Shown here in pieces: positions 32,003 to 44,788 of a stretch of 64,000 bases of DNA. Position 1 is the first letter of the stretch; every line of letters starts with the position of its first letter. A program made the translations under genes and the position numbers. The DNA lies in the NCBI GenBank assembly GCA_035304545.1, contig DATGPV010000054.1, positions 74,473-138,472 on the forward strand, given 5' to 3'. The stretch is from Limnochordales bacterium (GTDB taxonomy: Bacteria; Bacillota; Limnochordia; Limnochordales; ZCTH02-B6). Below the pieces are notes generated by a model. It ran no database searches. It was not told the DNA's origin and saw only the letters and a list, made by a program, of their open reading frames with translations.

Positions 32003-33355
32003 TCAGCTGTTAAGCAGGGCAAACCGCAAGGCAAACAGCACGGCCAACACGTAGACCAGCCAGTGCACTTGCCGCCCCTTGCCGGCGATGAGCTTGACCA
32101 CAGGATAGCTGATAAAGCCTAGGGCGATGCCCGTGGCGATGCTGTAGGTCAACGGCATCGCGATGATGGTGACGAAAGCCGGAAAGGCCTCGGAAATGTC
32201 TTCCCAGTCGATGCGGCCGATGACCTGCATCATGAGCGCGCCCACAACGATGAGGGCCGGCGCCGTGGCGGCTGGAAAGTCCGCCACCATCCGGATGATG
32301 GGTGCGAAGAACAGGGATAGGAGGAAGGCCACGGCCACCACCACCGCCGTCAGGCCTGTGCGCCCGCCCGCCGACACGCCGCTGGCCGACTCCACGTAGG
32401 TGGTGACCGTGGAGGTGCCAAAGACGGCGCCGCCCACGGTGGCGAAGGCGTCGGCCAGCATGGCCTGCTGCACCCGGGGCAGCCGGCCTTGCGGATCCAG
32501 AAAGCCCGCCCGGGTGGAGACGCCTACCAAGGTCCCCATCGTATCGAAGAAATCCACGAAGAGAAACACCAGCACGATTTCCAGCAAGCCCAGGCGCAGG
32601 GCCCCGCCCAAGTCCAGCTTGCCCAAGACCGTGCCCCACGCGGCCAGGCTGGGAACCTCCACGATGCGTTCCGGCCACGGGGCGAAACCCAATAGCGCGC
32701 CTGCTCCGGCGGTCACGAGGATGCCCCACAGGATCGCGCCCCGCACCTTGAGGGCCAGCAAGCCCGCGGTGAGCAGCGTCCCGGCCAGGGCCAGAAGCGG
32801 TCCCGGCTCCCGGAGATCGCCCAGGGTCACCAAGGTCGCAGGGTCATCCACGATAAGGCCGGCGTTCTGGGCGCCGATAAAGGCGATGAACAGCCCGATG
32901 GCGGCGCTGATGGCCACCTTGAGGCCGTTTGGCACCGCGTCCACCACCATCTCCCGGGCCCGGGACAAGGTCAGCAGCACAAACAAGAGCCCCGAGATGA
33001 AAACCGCTCCTAGAGCCGTCTCCCACGGGATCCCCCGTCCCAGCACCACGGTGAAGGCGAAGTAGGCGTTGAGCCCCATGCCCGGCGCCAGCGCAAAGGG
33101 GTAATTGGCCAAGAAGGCCATGAGCAGCGTGCCCAGGGCCGCGGCCGCCACCGTCGCGATGAGGACGCCGTCAAAGGACATCCCCGCTGCCGACAAGATG
33201 CCGGGGTTCACGAAGATGATGTAGGCCATGGTCATGAAGGTGGTCAGCCCCGCCGCCAACTCCGTGCGCACCGTGGTGCCGTTTTCCGACAGCCGAAACC
33301 ATCGCTCCAGAAGACCGGCTTGGCCTCCCTTGACCGCGTCCGCTCTGCCGCTCAT
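32003..33355 (-). CDS. NCS2/AzgA family guanine/hypoxanthine permease (PbuG-like)
   Basis: GLTTFMTMAYIIFVNP, APGMGLNAYF, FFDTMGTL, TTYVESASGV..GGRTG, MPLTYSI. Confidence 0.93.
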   Translation of the reverse strand: MSGRADAVKGGQAGLLERWFRLSENGTTVRTELAAGLTTFMTMAYIIFVNPGILSAAGMSFDGVLIATVAAAALGTLLMAFLANYPFALAPGMGLNAYFAFTVVLGRGIPWETALGAVFISGLLFVLLTLSRAREMVVDAVPNGLKVAISAAIGLFIAFIGAQNAGLIVDDPATLVTLGDLREPGPLLALAGTLLTAGLLALKVRGAILWGILVTAGAGALLGFAPWPERIVEVPSLAAWGTVLGKLDLGGALRLGLLEIVLVFLFVDFFDTMGTLVGVSTRAGFLDPQGRLPRVQQAMLADAFATVGGAVFGTSTVTTYVESASGVSAGGRTGLTAVVVAVAFLLSLFFAPIIRMVADFPAATAPALIVVGALMMQVIGRIDWEDISEAFPAFVTIIAMPLTYSIATGIALGFISYPVVKLIAGKGRQVHWLVYVLAVLFALRFALLNS

Positions 33356-33527
33356 GGGTCACCCCTCCCGGTAATCGAACGATACGAAGCCCTCGATGTC
33401 CATCTTCGCCACAAAAGCGTATGTTCCTACGTGCTCCGCGTAATTTTGTCCGGAATTTGACCAACGCCCCCCCGCCCCCCGGGCTGGAGGCCCCTTCAGA
33501 TCGTCCCCATTTTTGGGCCGGAAGGTA

Positions 33528-33590
33528 TTGACACCCCGGTCCGCCGCGCTATATTAGAAGCTGGTAGCACTCAATGCCCGCGAGTGCTAA
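33528..33590 (+). promoter_or_regulatory. groESL sigma-A promoter and CIRCE (HrcA operator)
   Basis: TTGACA (33528), 16 nt, TATATT; GTAGCACTC-N9-GAGTGCTAA at 33564-33590. Confidence 0.92.
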
Positions 33591-33632
33591 ACGTCCCGCA
33601 ACAGCAGACCACACAATAAGGAGGGAAAATCC

Positions 33633-33926
33633 GTGAAGCTGGTTCCGCTGGGGGACCGGGTCGTGGTCAAGCCCATCGAGCAGGAGGAAAAGACCAAGGG
33701 CGGCATCGTGCTGCCGGACACCGCCAAGGAAAAGCCCCAGGAGGGCGAAGTCCTGGCCGTGGGCTCGGGCCGGCTCCTGGAGAACGGCGAGCGGGTGCCG
33801 CTGGAGGTCAAGGTGGGCGACCGGGTCGTCTTTGCCAAGTACGGCGGCACCGAGGTCAAGCTCAACGGCGAGACCTACACGATTCTGCGGGAGTCTGACA
33901 TCCTGGCCATTGCGAAGCCGGATTAA
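33633..33926 (+). CDS. groES: Co-chaperonin GroES
   Basis: [39 protein letters not shown]. Confidence 0.98.
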   Translation: MKLVPLGDRVVVKPIEQEEKTKGGIVLPDTAKEKPQEGEVLAVGSGRLLENGERVPLEVKVGDRVVFAKYGGTEVKLNGETYTILRESDILAIAKPD

Positions 33927-34083
33927 GCCAACCTTTCTTAACGGCGCAATCCCGGACACGGCAACGCCGGATGCCGATTCGGGAACGGACAAAAGCGATA
34001 TGGATCACTGACGGCAAAGAACTTGACACATGGCATTAGCCCCTGACGACCAAAGAGACACAACACCAGCGAGGAGGGTGTGA

Positions 34084-35712
<1,629 letters not shown>

Positions 35713-35814
35713 TCGGCGTCACCGCACCTACGCCGGGCGGTTCATCCGGAGGGGAGGACGCGCCGCAGCCCGCGGCGCCCTCCCCTCCGGCGCGTCGGCG
35801 CGACTTTGCGTCCG

Positions 35815-36711
35815 TCACAGGCGGCCCCGCCGCTGGGCCACCCGCCGCTCCCCCCAGTCCACCGCGTAGTACACGGCCGTGGACACCACCAAGAGCAGCA
35901 CGATGCTGCTCATGACCAGGGTCATGTTGAACACTTGGCCGCCGTAGATGATCAGGTAGCCCAGTCCCGTGCCCGACACGAGAAACTCGCCCATGATGGT
36001 CCCCACCCACGCCAGGCCAATGTTGACCTTGATCGCGGCCAAGAGGGTGGGTACCGCGGCGGGCACCACCACCTTGGTGAACACTTGCCAGCGGCTCGCG
36101 CCCAAGGACCGGAGGAGCACCACCTTGCCGGGATCGGTTTCCCGGAAGGCGGTGTACAGCATGACGATGGTGACCACCACCGCAATGGCCACGGCCATGG
36201 CCAGCACCGCCCGCACGTTCGTGCCAAGCCAAATGATAAACAGAGGGCCCAAACTTATCTTGGGCACGCTGTTGAGGACCACCAGGTACGGGTCCAACAC
36301 CCGGGCCCAAAAGGGCGACCACCACAAGAAGGAGGCCACCACCAGCCCCAAGGCCGTGGCCAGGCCAAAACCCGCCAAGGTGCGCCAGACGGTGGCACCC
36401 AGGTGCACCCACAGATCCCCCGCCGCGGCCATGCCCACGATTTGGTCCCAGATGCGGCTGGGCTGGCTGACGATGAAGGGATTGAGCCAGCCCGCCGCGG
36501 CCCCCACCTCCCACAATCCCAAGATCAGCGCCACCAGGAGGACCTGGGTGGCCGTGACCGCCAGCTGCCGCTGCCGCCGGCCCCGCAAGTAGCGGCGGTG
36601 GGCTTCCGATACCCCGTCCCAGGAGCGGCTGCCGCCCTCCCGGGGTATGTCCCCCCGGGCGCTGCCCCCGCTCCCCTCGCCTGTCCCGCGAGCCGGATCA
36701 AAGGTGGACAT
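35815..36711 (-). CDS. NitT/TauT family ABC transporter permease (YtlD-like)
   Basis: LDPYLVVLNSVPKISLGP, EAA-like LRSLGASRWQ, GEFLVS..GLGYLIIYGGQVF. Confidence 0.9.
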   Translation of the reverse strand: MSTFDPARGTGEGSGGSARGDIPREGGSRSWDGVSEAHRRYLRGRRQRQLAVTATQVLLVALILGLWEVGAAAGWLNPFIVSQPSRIWDQIVGMAAAGDLWVHLGATVWRTLAGFGLATALGLVVASFLWWSPFWARVLDPYLVVLNSVPKISLGPLFIIWLGTNVRAVLAMAVAIAVVVTIVMLYTAFRETDPGKVVLLRSLGASRWQVFTKVVVPAAVPTLLAAIKVNIGLAWVGTIMGEFLVSGTGLGYLIIYGGQVFNMTLVMSSIVLLLVVSTAVYYAVDWGERRVAQRRGRL

Positions 36712-37459
36712 CGAGATCCCTCCAGATGTCGCGAAAGTACCGGCTGAAGTCGGGGGATTCCCGCACCTGCAAAGGCGAGCGGCGGGGCTTGAGGTCGATG
36801 GCGTATTCCCGCTTCAGCCGGGCCGGCCGCCGGGTGAGCACGATGACCCGGTCCGCCATGGACACCGCTTCGGCGATGTCGTGGGTGACCATGACCACCG
36901 TGCGGCGCTGGGCCTGAAAGATCTGGCTCATCTCCTGCTGCAGCTGCAGCCGGGTTTGGTAGTCCAGGGCCGAAAAAGGTTCGTCCAGGAGCAGCACCTT
37001 GGGATCGAGGGCCAAAGTGCGCACTAGGGCCGCCCGCTGCCGCATGCCGCCCGACAGCTGCGCGGGAAACCGGTGGGCGAAGTCGCCCAGGCCGTAGTCC
37101 CGCAGCAGCCGCTGCACCCGGGCCACCGCCGCCCGGGTGCGCCGCCCCTGCACTTCCAGCCCCAGCAGGCAGTTGTCCAACACGGTGCGCCAATCAAACA
37201 GCAGGTCCTGCTGGAGCATGTAACCCACGGCCGGGTTGGGGCCCCGCACCGGAGCGCCATCGACCCGCACTTCCCCCTCGTCGGGCCGGATGAGGCCGGC
37301 GATGAGGGACAACAAAGTGCTCTTGCCGCAGCCGCTGGGACCGACGACGCTGACGAACTCGCCCTCCTCCACCCGCAGGGAAAGGTCTTCCACCGCGCGC
37401 GTTTCCCCGCTGGGGGTGTGGTAGGTGACGGTGACGTGGCGCAGCTCAACGACGGACAC
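36698..37459 (-). CDS. NitT/TauT family ABC transporter ATP-binding protein (YtlC-like)
   Basis: [33 protein letters not shown]; GTG after GGGAGG. Confidence 0.93.
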   Translation of the reverse strand: MSVVELRHVTVTYHTPSGETRAVEDLSLRVEEGEFVSVVGPSGCGKSTLLSLIAGLIRPDEGEVRVDGAPVRGPNPAVGYMLQQDLLFDWRTVLDNCLLGLEVQGRRTRAAVARVQRLLRDYGLGDFAHRFPAQLSGGMRQRAALVRTLALDPKVLLLDEPFSALDYQTRLQLQQEMSQIFQAQRRTVVMVTHDIAEAVSMADRVIVLTRRPARLKREYAIDLKPRRSPLQVRESPDFSRYFRDIWRDLDVHL

Positions 37460-37642
37460 AGGGCCCACCTCCCATGGCTCCACGGTCCCGCCCGGGCAGC
37501 GCGCCCCGGGGCCCCAGAGGGGCCGCGGGGCGCTGCTGTCCGCCTGGCCCTAGGGTCCGGCAGGGCCCGGCCCGCGGCCGACCCACCCAGGCGCGGGCGG
37601 GCGCGCCCGCCCAGGGCCGGGGCGCCCGCGGGGCCGCGCTGG

Positions 37643-38668
37643 CTAGGGCGTCACCCCGGCCGCGACGACCCGCTGGGCAAACTCGTTGGTCATTACGTCG
37701 TCAAAGGGCACGGGGCTGGCCAGCTCGCCGGCCATCATCATCACTTCCTGCAGGCGGGCAAACCCTTCCCGGCTGATGAGGGGCGTCGGCGTCCAGGCGT
37801 CGATGGACCGGTAGCGCTCCAGGGCGGCGACGAGCACATCAAAGTCCATCCCGGGGAAGTAGGGCGCCACCACGGAAGCGATCTCCTCCGTCGAGTGGGC
37901 CTGCACCCACAGCTGGCCCCGGTAGATGGCCCGGGTGAAGCGTTCGATGATGTCGGGGCGCTGTTCCATATAGCTCTTGCGGGCGTGATAGACGGTGTAG
38001 GTAATGTCGCCGGCTTCGGCGCCCAGGGAAGCCACGATGGTCCCCACCCCGGCCCGCTCCATGTGGGTCATGGCCGGCTCAAACTGGGCCACATAATCGC
38101 CCAAGCCGCCCTCAAAGGCCCCCGCCGCCGCTTCAAAGGCCAAGTGGGTGATGATGCCCACGTCCAAGAAGGGCTCGATCCCATGCTGGCGCAGCACCCA
38201 CTCCAGCACCATCTGGGGCACGCCGCCTTTGCGGGCGCCCACGATGAGGCGACCCCGCACGTCATCCCACTCAAAGTTCTCCACCTTGCCCCGGGCCATA
38301 AAGAAGGACCCGTCCCGCTGCGTCAACTGGGCGAATCCCACAGCCCGGTCCGGCGCCCCTTGGTTGTAGACGTAGATGGTGGCTTCTGGCCCAAAGAACC
38401 CGATGTCGACGCTGCCGGAGATGAGGGCCGCCATGCCGTTGTGGGCACCCCAGGCGGTGCTCAGCTCGATGGCCAGCCCCTCGTCGGCAAAAAAGCCCTT
38501 CTCCAGCGCCACGTACTGGGGCGCGTAAAACACGGAGCGTACCACTTCCGACAATCGCACCGTCTCCAGCTCCGCCGCGGCGGCGGGCACCAGCCCTGTG
38601 AGCACCAGCACGACGGCCAGGACCGCGCCGGTGACACCCCCGCGCCCCGGGCCTCGAAGACCGATCAT
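37643..38668 (-). CDS. NMT1/SsuA-type ABC substrate-binding protein (YtlA-like)
   Basis: Signal peptide ending AAAA; SEVVRSVFYAPQYVA, GPEATIYVY, QLTQRDGSF, RKGGVPQM; upstream AC-N17-CATACGGT (38736-38710) is sigma-K-like. Confidence 0.9.
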   Translation of the reverse strand: MIGLRGPGRGGVTGAVLAVVLVLTGLVPAAAAELETVRLSEVVRSVFYAPQYVALEKGFFADEGLAIELSTAWGAHNGMAALISGSVDIGFFGPEATIYVYNQGAPDRAVGFAQLTQRDGSFFMARGKVENFEWDDVRGRLIVGARKGGVPQMVLEWVLRQHGIEPFLDVGIITHLAFEAAAGAFEGGLGDYVAQFEPAMTHMERAGVGTIVASLGAEAGDITYTVYHARKSYMEQRPDIIERFTRAIYRGQLWVQAHSTEEIASVVAPYFPGMDFDVLVAALERYRSIDAWTPTPLISREGFARLQEVMMMAGELASPVPFDDVMTNEFAQRVVAAGVTP

Positions 38669-38792
38669 AAAGCGCCTCCTCCCCCTTTTTGGCCTTTCGG
38701 TCAGATTCCACCGTATGCCGCCGCGGCAGACGCGGTGACGGTTGACGAAAAGCCGCCGGTGATGGTAAGATCGTGGAGGCAACGACCGGTAT

Positions 38793-38877
38793 GCCCGGGT
38801 GGCGGAATAGGCAGACGCGCACGTTTGAGGGGCGTGTGGGGAAACCCGTATCGGTTCAAGTCCGATCCCGGGCACCA
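38793..38877 (+). tRNA. tRNA-Leu(GAG)
   Basis: Acceptor GCCCGGG/CCCGGGC-ACCA, D-arm GGCGGAATAGGCAGACGC, anticodon loop TT-GAG-GG, long variable arm, GGTTCAAGTCC; promoter TTGACG-N18-TAAGAT. Confidence 0.97.
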
Positions 38878-38880
38878 AAC

Positions 38881-38917
38881 AAGCAGCAAGGCGGCCCATG
38901 GGGGCCGCCTTGTTTGC
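38881..38917. terminator. Hairpin terminator after tRNA-Leu, probably bidirectional
   Basis: CAAGGCGGCCC/GGGCCGCCTTG stem followed by TTT. Confidence 0.75.
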
Positions 38918-38938
38918 GTCAAGGCAGACGGTCGGTCC

Positions 38939-40345
38939 TCACCGCAGCAGCTGATGGGCCAGCCACGCCGCCACGCCGCCGGCCAAGGCGGACGCCGCCA
39001 GCCACGGCGCAGCGGCCTGGGCCAAGCGCCGGCATAGCCATGGGCCCAGCGCGCTGTGCAGGACCACGGCCAAGGGCGTATCCCGGAGGGCCAGGGCACT
39101 GTAGGCCATCCAGTCGTAAAGGCTCAGCCGGTTTTGGGCCACCGGACGCCCCAAAGGGGACGAGGCTGGGCCTTCCCACGGAGCCGATCCCCCGCCGTCC
39201 CTCAACAAGGCATGCACATCCCCACGGTACTCCCCGGCGATACCCGCGTCCTGAAGGAAGCGGTCAATCAGCACGGCCGCTTTCACCGTAGCACGGGAAA
39301 GGCCTTCGCCGGCCAGCGCCTGGTCCGTCCGTTCCAGGCGCGCCAGCACCGCCGCCACCCGGCGGGGAAGGGTGGCCGCCAGTTCGGCCCCTTCGGCGCC
39401 GCCCCGCACTGAGCCCCACAGGGCCAGCCGCAAGCCGGCCGCCTGCACCTGATATTCGGCCGCCGGCGGGACAGGTGTCCCGGCCGCGGGGCCCGGAACC
39501 CGGGGGGAGCCATCCCCCTCCCAGGCAATGGGGGTCCCCGTCAGGACGCGGTGGTAGACGGCCACGGCCTTGTCCAACTCGCCCCGCCGCCACAGGTCAT
39601 CGCCCATCTTGAGCAGGGCGATGGCTCGGTAGCGGGCAAAGAGCACCGCAAAGGCCCCTGCGGCGTCGAGCGGCGCCCCATGGGCCCGAGCCGGCGGGAT
39701 ATGGGCCATCGCCCAATGCAAGGCCTTTTCCCCCATCTCCGCCAACGGGAGCCAAGACGACTGCCGGCGGAGACCCTCCAGTTTCCGCCCCACCTGCTCC
39801 GCCCACTGGCGGAACGCGTCCGCGGCGGGGCGGCTGGAAAGCGCCTGCTCCCCCTTGCGCCCATCGATGGGCATCGCAGTGCGGCGGCCCAGGGGGAGCG
39901 GGCCTTGGTCCAAAGGGCCCGGAGCCCCGCGCAGAGACCGCCGCATGGGCTCGCGGAGAGGTGGACCGCCGGCCGCCGGGTCGCGGCCCGGGAGCGCGGC
40001 CGGCCGCGGCCGTGCCAGAGAAGGGGCAGAACGCCTGCCGTCCGTACCCGCCCAACCTTGGCCCTGGGCGGGCAGGAAGAAACCCGCCAACCGCACCGTG
40101 TCCCGGCGGTACCACTGGAAACCGGTGGGGGGCGGCTTGGACGCAGCTGCGGGCCCACGCCCTTTGAACGCAACCGAAAAGTGATCCAAGGGCTCGTCGG
40201 CTTGGCCCGGAGCATCCGCGGGCTGGGTCAGCCCCCGGGGGCTGTGGGCCCGGGCATCGGCCGGCGCCTGGGGGCCGGTCCCGGGGAGGAACCCGAACCA
40301 GGGCGCGCTGGCATTGAACGGGAAAACCTTGAACAATGGCTCCAA
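38939..40345 (-). CDS. Hypothetical protein with a low-complexity N-half and a helical/TPR-like C-half; start uncertain (TTG 40345 or ATG 39874)
   Basis: Only plausible long frame in this gap; ALLKMGDDLWRRGELDKAVAVYHRVL resembles a TPR; hydrophobic C-terminus. Confidence 0.45.
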   Translation of the reverse strand: MEPLFKVFPFNASAPWFGFLPGTGPQAPADARAHSPRGLTQPADAPGQADEPLDHFSVAFKGRGPAAASKPPPTGFQWYRRDTVRLAGFFLPAQGQGWAGTDGRRSAPSLARPRPAALPGRDPAAGGPPLREPMRRSLRGAPGPLDQGPLPLGRRTAMPIDGRKGEQALSSRPAADAFRQWAEQVGRKLEGLRRQSSWLPLAEMGEKALHWAMAHIPPARAHGAPLDAAGAFAVLFARYRAIALLKMGDDLWRRGELDKAVAVYHRVLTGTPIAWEGDGSPRVPGPAAGTPVPPAAEYQVQAAGLRLALWGSVRGGAEGAELAATLPRRVAAVLARLERTDQALAGEGLSRATVKAAVLIDRFLQDAGIAGEYRGDVHALLRDGGGSAPWEGPASSPLGRPVAQNRLSLYDWMAYSALALRDTPLAVVLHSALGPWLCRRLAQAAAPWLAASALAGGVAAWLAHQLLR

Positions 40346-40401
40346 ACCCCTTGCCTCGACGCCGGCAGCCCGGGTGCGGGTGGCGGCGTCACCGTCGTCC
40401 C

Positions 40402-41364
40402 TCAGTGGGCCTCTTCCCCGGTGGCGGCCTGCAAAATGCCCTCGATGCGCTCCAGCTGCTCCGGCGACAGCTGCCATCCGCTCACGCCGGCGGCCTCCTG
40501 GATCTGCTCCGGGGACCGGGCGCCCCACAAGGCCACGGTGACGCCGGGCTGGTCCAGCACCCACCGCACCGCGAGCTGCGCGGCGGTCTTGCCCACTTCG
40601 GCAGCCATGGCCTTCAGCTGCTCCACGATGCGCAGATGACGCTGGTAGGCTTCCCCCGTAAACCGCGCATCCGTCTGGCGGTTGTCGCCCGGCTTAAAGG
40701 TGGGGTTCTGGGTGTACTTGCCCGTCAGCAGGCCCCGGGCCAGGGGACTGTAAGCCAGCACCGCGAGCCCGTGTTCCCGGCAGTAAGGCAGCACGTCCTT
40801 TTCGATCTGCCGCTCCAGCAGGTTGTAGCGGGGCTGCACCGAGTGCAGGGGCGCCACCCGGCGCCACTCCTCCAACTGCTCCACCGAGTAGTTGCACACG
40901 CCGATGGCCCGGATCTTGCCCGCCTCATACAGCTCCTTGACGGCCGCGGCCGTCTCCGCGATGGGGGTCTCCGGGTCCGGCCAGTGGATCTGGTACAGGT
41001 CAATGTAGTCGGTGCGCAGCCGCCGCAGGCTGTCCTCCAGTTCCTGGCGGATCCGCTGGGGCTTCGCGTTGCGCCAGGGCTCCTCCTTCTCATCCCACTC
41101 CATGCCGAACTTGGTGGCGATGACCACTTTGTCCCGGGGAATCTGCCGCCGGGCCAGGGCCTCGCCCAAAATTTCCTCCGACAGGCCAAACCCGTAGACG
41201 GGCGCGGTGTCGATGGTGGTGACGCCCATGTCCAGCGCGGCGTGAATGGTGCGGATGGACTGCTCCACGTCGGTGCCGCCCCACAGCCAGCCGCCGATGG
41301 CCCAGGTCCCCAGGGCGACCCGGGACACCTCCACATCCGACGTTCCCAGCTTGGCGAATTCCAC
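40402..41364 (-). CDS. Aldo/keto reductase (YhdN/AKR11-like)
   Basis: LGTWAIGG, IDTAPVYGFG.SEE, ATKFG, DYIDLYQIHWPD, YSPLARGLLTGK; GTG after GAGGAGG. Confidence 0.94.
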   Translation of the reverse strand: MEFAKLGTSDVEVSRVALGTWAIGGWLWGGTDVEQSIRTIHAALDMGVTTIDTAPVYGFGLSEEILGEALARRQIPRDKVVIATKFGMEWDEKEEPWRNAKPQRIRQELEDSLRRLRTDYIDLYQIHWPDPETPIAETAAAVKELYEAGKIRAIGVCNYSVEQLEEWRRVAPLHSVQPRYNLLERQIEKDVLPYCREHGLAVLAYSPLARGLLTGKYTQNPTFKPGDNRQTDARFTGEAYQRHLRIVEQLKAMAAEVGKTAAQLAVRWVLDQPGVTVALWGARSPEQIQEAAGVSGWQLSPEQLERIEGILQAATGEEAH

Positions 41365-41529
41365 CGTATCCCTCCTCATGCATACGCTGGAATCCAAATC
41401 AAGACCATTCTAGCACACGCTCCGCGGAGGGCAATGAGGGCCGGCCAGGCGGCGGAAGCCTGGCCAAAGCGGCCCTGCGGGCGGCAAGGGATCCGGCGGG
41501 CCGGCTGCGAACTACACGGCAGGGAGGCG

Positions 41530-42537
41530 ATGCAGCCTGTGAACGTCGACGTCAACGAGGCGCTCTTGGAGGAGGCCCGGGCGGCGGGCTTCACGCAGCC
41601 GCCCCGGCGCAAGGTGGCGGGCCCCATCGTGGACATCCACGCCCACGCCCCGGCCGGCCCCGCCGCGCAGCCCCTCTACGAAGCCGCCCGCCTTTACGGC
41701 ATTACCCACCTGGCCGCCATCACCACCTTGGACGAGGCCTTGGAGCTGCGGGACGCCTATCCCGAAACCGTCATGATCCCCCGCCTGGAGTTTGAACACT
41801 TGGCGGACCCCGACCGGTTCGTGGAGCACAATGTGGCCCTGGTGCGGCGCGCGGCGGCCGCGGGGGCGCGGCTCATCAAAATGTGGTTTGCGCCGCGGTT
41901 TGTGGCCCGCACCGGCAAGCGCATGGACGATCCCCTATTCGATCCCATCTTCCGCGAAATCGAAACCCACGGCCTGGGGGTGCTGACCCACGTGGCCGAT
42001 CCGGACCTCTGGTTCCAGCGGGTGTACACCGACGTCCGCCGCTACGGCACTAAGGCGGACCAGTACCCCCAGTTGGAAAACCGGCTGGCGGCCCATCCTG
42101 GCATCAACTTTCTCGCCGCGCACATGGGCGGCGATCCCGAGCACCTGGACCATCTGGCCGTGCTCCTGGATCGCTACCCCAACCTGTACCTCGACACCTC
42201 CGCCACCCGGTGGATGGTGCGGGAGCTGGGCAAACAGCCCGCCGCCGCCCGGGACTTTTTCCGGCAGTACAAGGACCGCATCCTCTTCGGCACCGACCAG
42301 GTGGCCATCGAGGATCCCGAGCCCTTCCGCTACACGTCCCGCTACTGGATTCATGCGCTGTTTTGGGAAACCGACGCGGTGTGCCCGCTGCCCATCGACG
42401 ATCCCGATGTGGACGGCACACCCATGCTGCGGGGCATCGATCTTCCCGCGGACATCCTGCCGTGGATCTACTACAAGAACGCCGCCCGCGTCTTTGGCAT
42501 TCCCGTGGGGACAAGGGAAACGGCGTTTCCGCATTGA
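41530..42537 (+). CDS. Amidohydrolase family protein (Amidohydro_2-like TIM-barrel metallohydrolase)
   Basis: IVDIHAH, IKMWF, THVADP, AAHMGG, YLDTSA, RILFGTD, YYKNAARV; ATG after AGGGAGG. Confidence 0.85.
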   Translation: MQPVNVDVNEALLEEARAAGFTQPPRRKVAGPIVDIHAHAPAGPAAQPLYEAARLYGITHLAAITTLDEALELRDAYPETVMIPRLEFEHLADPDRFVEHNVALVRRAAAAGARLIKMWFAPRFVARTGKRMDDPLFDPIFREIETHGLGVLTHVADPDLWFQRVYTDVRRYGTKADQYPQLENRLAAHPGINFLAAHMGGDPEHLDHLAVLLDRYPNLYLDTSATRWMVRELGKQPAAARDFFRQYKDRILFGTDQVAIEDPEPFRYTSRYWIHALFWETDAVCPLPIDDPDVDGTPMLRGIDLPADILPWIYYKNAARVFGIPVGTRETAFPH

Positions 42538-42552
42538 CGCCGGAAACGCCGT
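42520..42552. terminator. Hairpin between convergent amidohydrolase and oppF
   Basis: ACGGCGTTTCCG/CGGAAACGCCGT inverted repeat. Confidence 0.5.
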
Positions 42553-42622
42553 CCAACGGTCAGCAGTGCCGGCCTGGCCGCCGCGCGGTCCGCAGCGGCC
42601 AGGCCACTGTAAGGCCCTGGCC

Positions 42623-43684
42623 TTACGCGGCCGACGTGCGGTTTTGGGCCATCAGGCGTACCGCCTTTTCGGCCGTGGGGTTCTCGCCCTTGGCAATGTA
42701 CTCGGGCGTGGCGAAGTGGCACGCCACGTGGTGCCCGCCGCCCACGTCCATGAACTCGGGTTCCTTGGTCCGGCAAATGTCCGCCGCGAACGGGCAACGG
42801 GTGTGGAACCGGCAGCCGCTGGGCGGGTTGATGGGGCTGGGCACGTCCCCCTGCAGGATGATGCGCTCCCGCTTGACGTCGGGATCGGGAATGGGGATGG
42901 CTGAAAACAGCGCCTGGGTGTAAGGATGCAGCGGGTTCGCGTACAGCTCCCGCTTTTCGGCCAGCTCCACGATCTTGCCCAAGTACATGACCGCGACCCG
43001 GTCGCTGATGTGCTCTACCACCGCCAGGTCGTGGGCGATGAAAAGGTACGTGAGCCCGAACTCCTTCTGCAAATCCTTGAGCAAGTTGATGACCTGGGCC
43101 TGGATGGACACGTCCAAAGCCGAGACGGGCTCGTCGCAGACCACCAGCTTCGGATTGACCGCCAGGGCCCGCGCGATGCCGATGCGCTGCCGCTGGCCGC
43201 CGCTGAACTCGTGGGGGTAGCGGCGGGCGTGGTAAGACGCGAGCCCGACCACGTCCAAAAGCTCCTGCACCCGCTTCTCCAGCGCGCGCCCCTTGGCCAG
43301 GCCGTGGATGAGGAGCGGCTCACCGATGATGTCGCCCACGGTCATGCGGGGATTCAAGGAGGCGTAGGGATCCTGAAAGATGATCTGCATCTCCTTGCGC
43401 AGTTCCCGCATTTCCTCCCGGGACAGTTTCAGGACGTCCCGGCCTTCAAAGCGGACCTCTCCCGAAGTAGGTTCAATGAGGCGCAGGATCAGGCGGCCCG
43501 TGGTGGACTTGCCGCAGCCGCTTTCCCCCACCAGCCCCAGGGTTTCGCCGGGGTTGATGTGAAAGCTGATGTTGTCCACGGCCTTGACGGCCCCCACCTG
43601 CCGGGAAAAGATGATGCCTTTGGTGATGGGAAAGTGCTTGACCAGGTTCTTGACTTCCAACAGCGGCGTCTGCCCTTGGGCCAC
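42623..43684 (-). CDS. oppF: Oligopeptide ABC transporter ATP-binding protein (OppF/AppF)
   Basis: [52 protein letters not shown]. Confidence 0.93.
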   Translation of the reverse strand: MAQGQTPLLEVKNLVKHFPITKGIIFSRQVGAVKAVDNISFHINPGETLGLVGESGCGKSTTGRLILRLIEPTSGEVRFEGRDVLKLSREEMRELRKEMQIIFQDPYASLNPRMTVGDIIGEPLLIHGLAKGRALEKRVQELLDVVGLASYHARRYPHEFSGGQRQRIGIARALAVNPKLVVCDEPVSALDVSIQAQVINLLKDLQKEFGLTYLFIAHDLAVVEHISDRVAVMYLGKIVELAEKRELYANPLHPYTQALFSAIPIPDPDVKRERIILQGDVPSPINPPSGCRFHTRCPFAADICRTKEPEFMDVGGGHHVACHFATPEYIAKGENPTAEKAVRLMAQNRTSAA

Positions 43685-43685
43685 G

Positions 43686-44681
<996 letters not shown>

Positions 44682-44788
44682 CGTTGTCCCTCCTTCTGCA
44701 ATCTCTTGTAATTTCTCGTCAGGAGGTGCCTAATCCTCCCTTGGCCCGACTCCGGTGGCCAGCTTCGCTTTCCCCGCAGCAAGGCGGC

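Noticed and set aside
33360-33470. Possible purine riboswitch upstream of the NCS2 permease
   Set aside because: The conserved aptamer core (TATAAT..ATATGG..GTTTCTAC..CCGTAAA) and a terminator are absent.
37484-37642. GC-rich inverted repeats between the ABC binding-protein and ATPase genes
   Set aside because: Consistent with an ordinary mRNA-stabilising hairpin after a binding-protein gene; no spacers or copies elsewhere, so not a CRISPR array or MITE.
40163-40335. Three TTGAAC hexamers suggesting an operator array
   Set aside because: They correspond to Phe-Lys/Phe-Asn codons of the minus-strand ORF; spacing is irregular and they are not a LexA palindrome.
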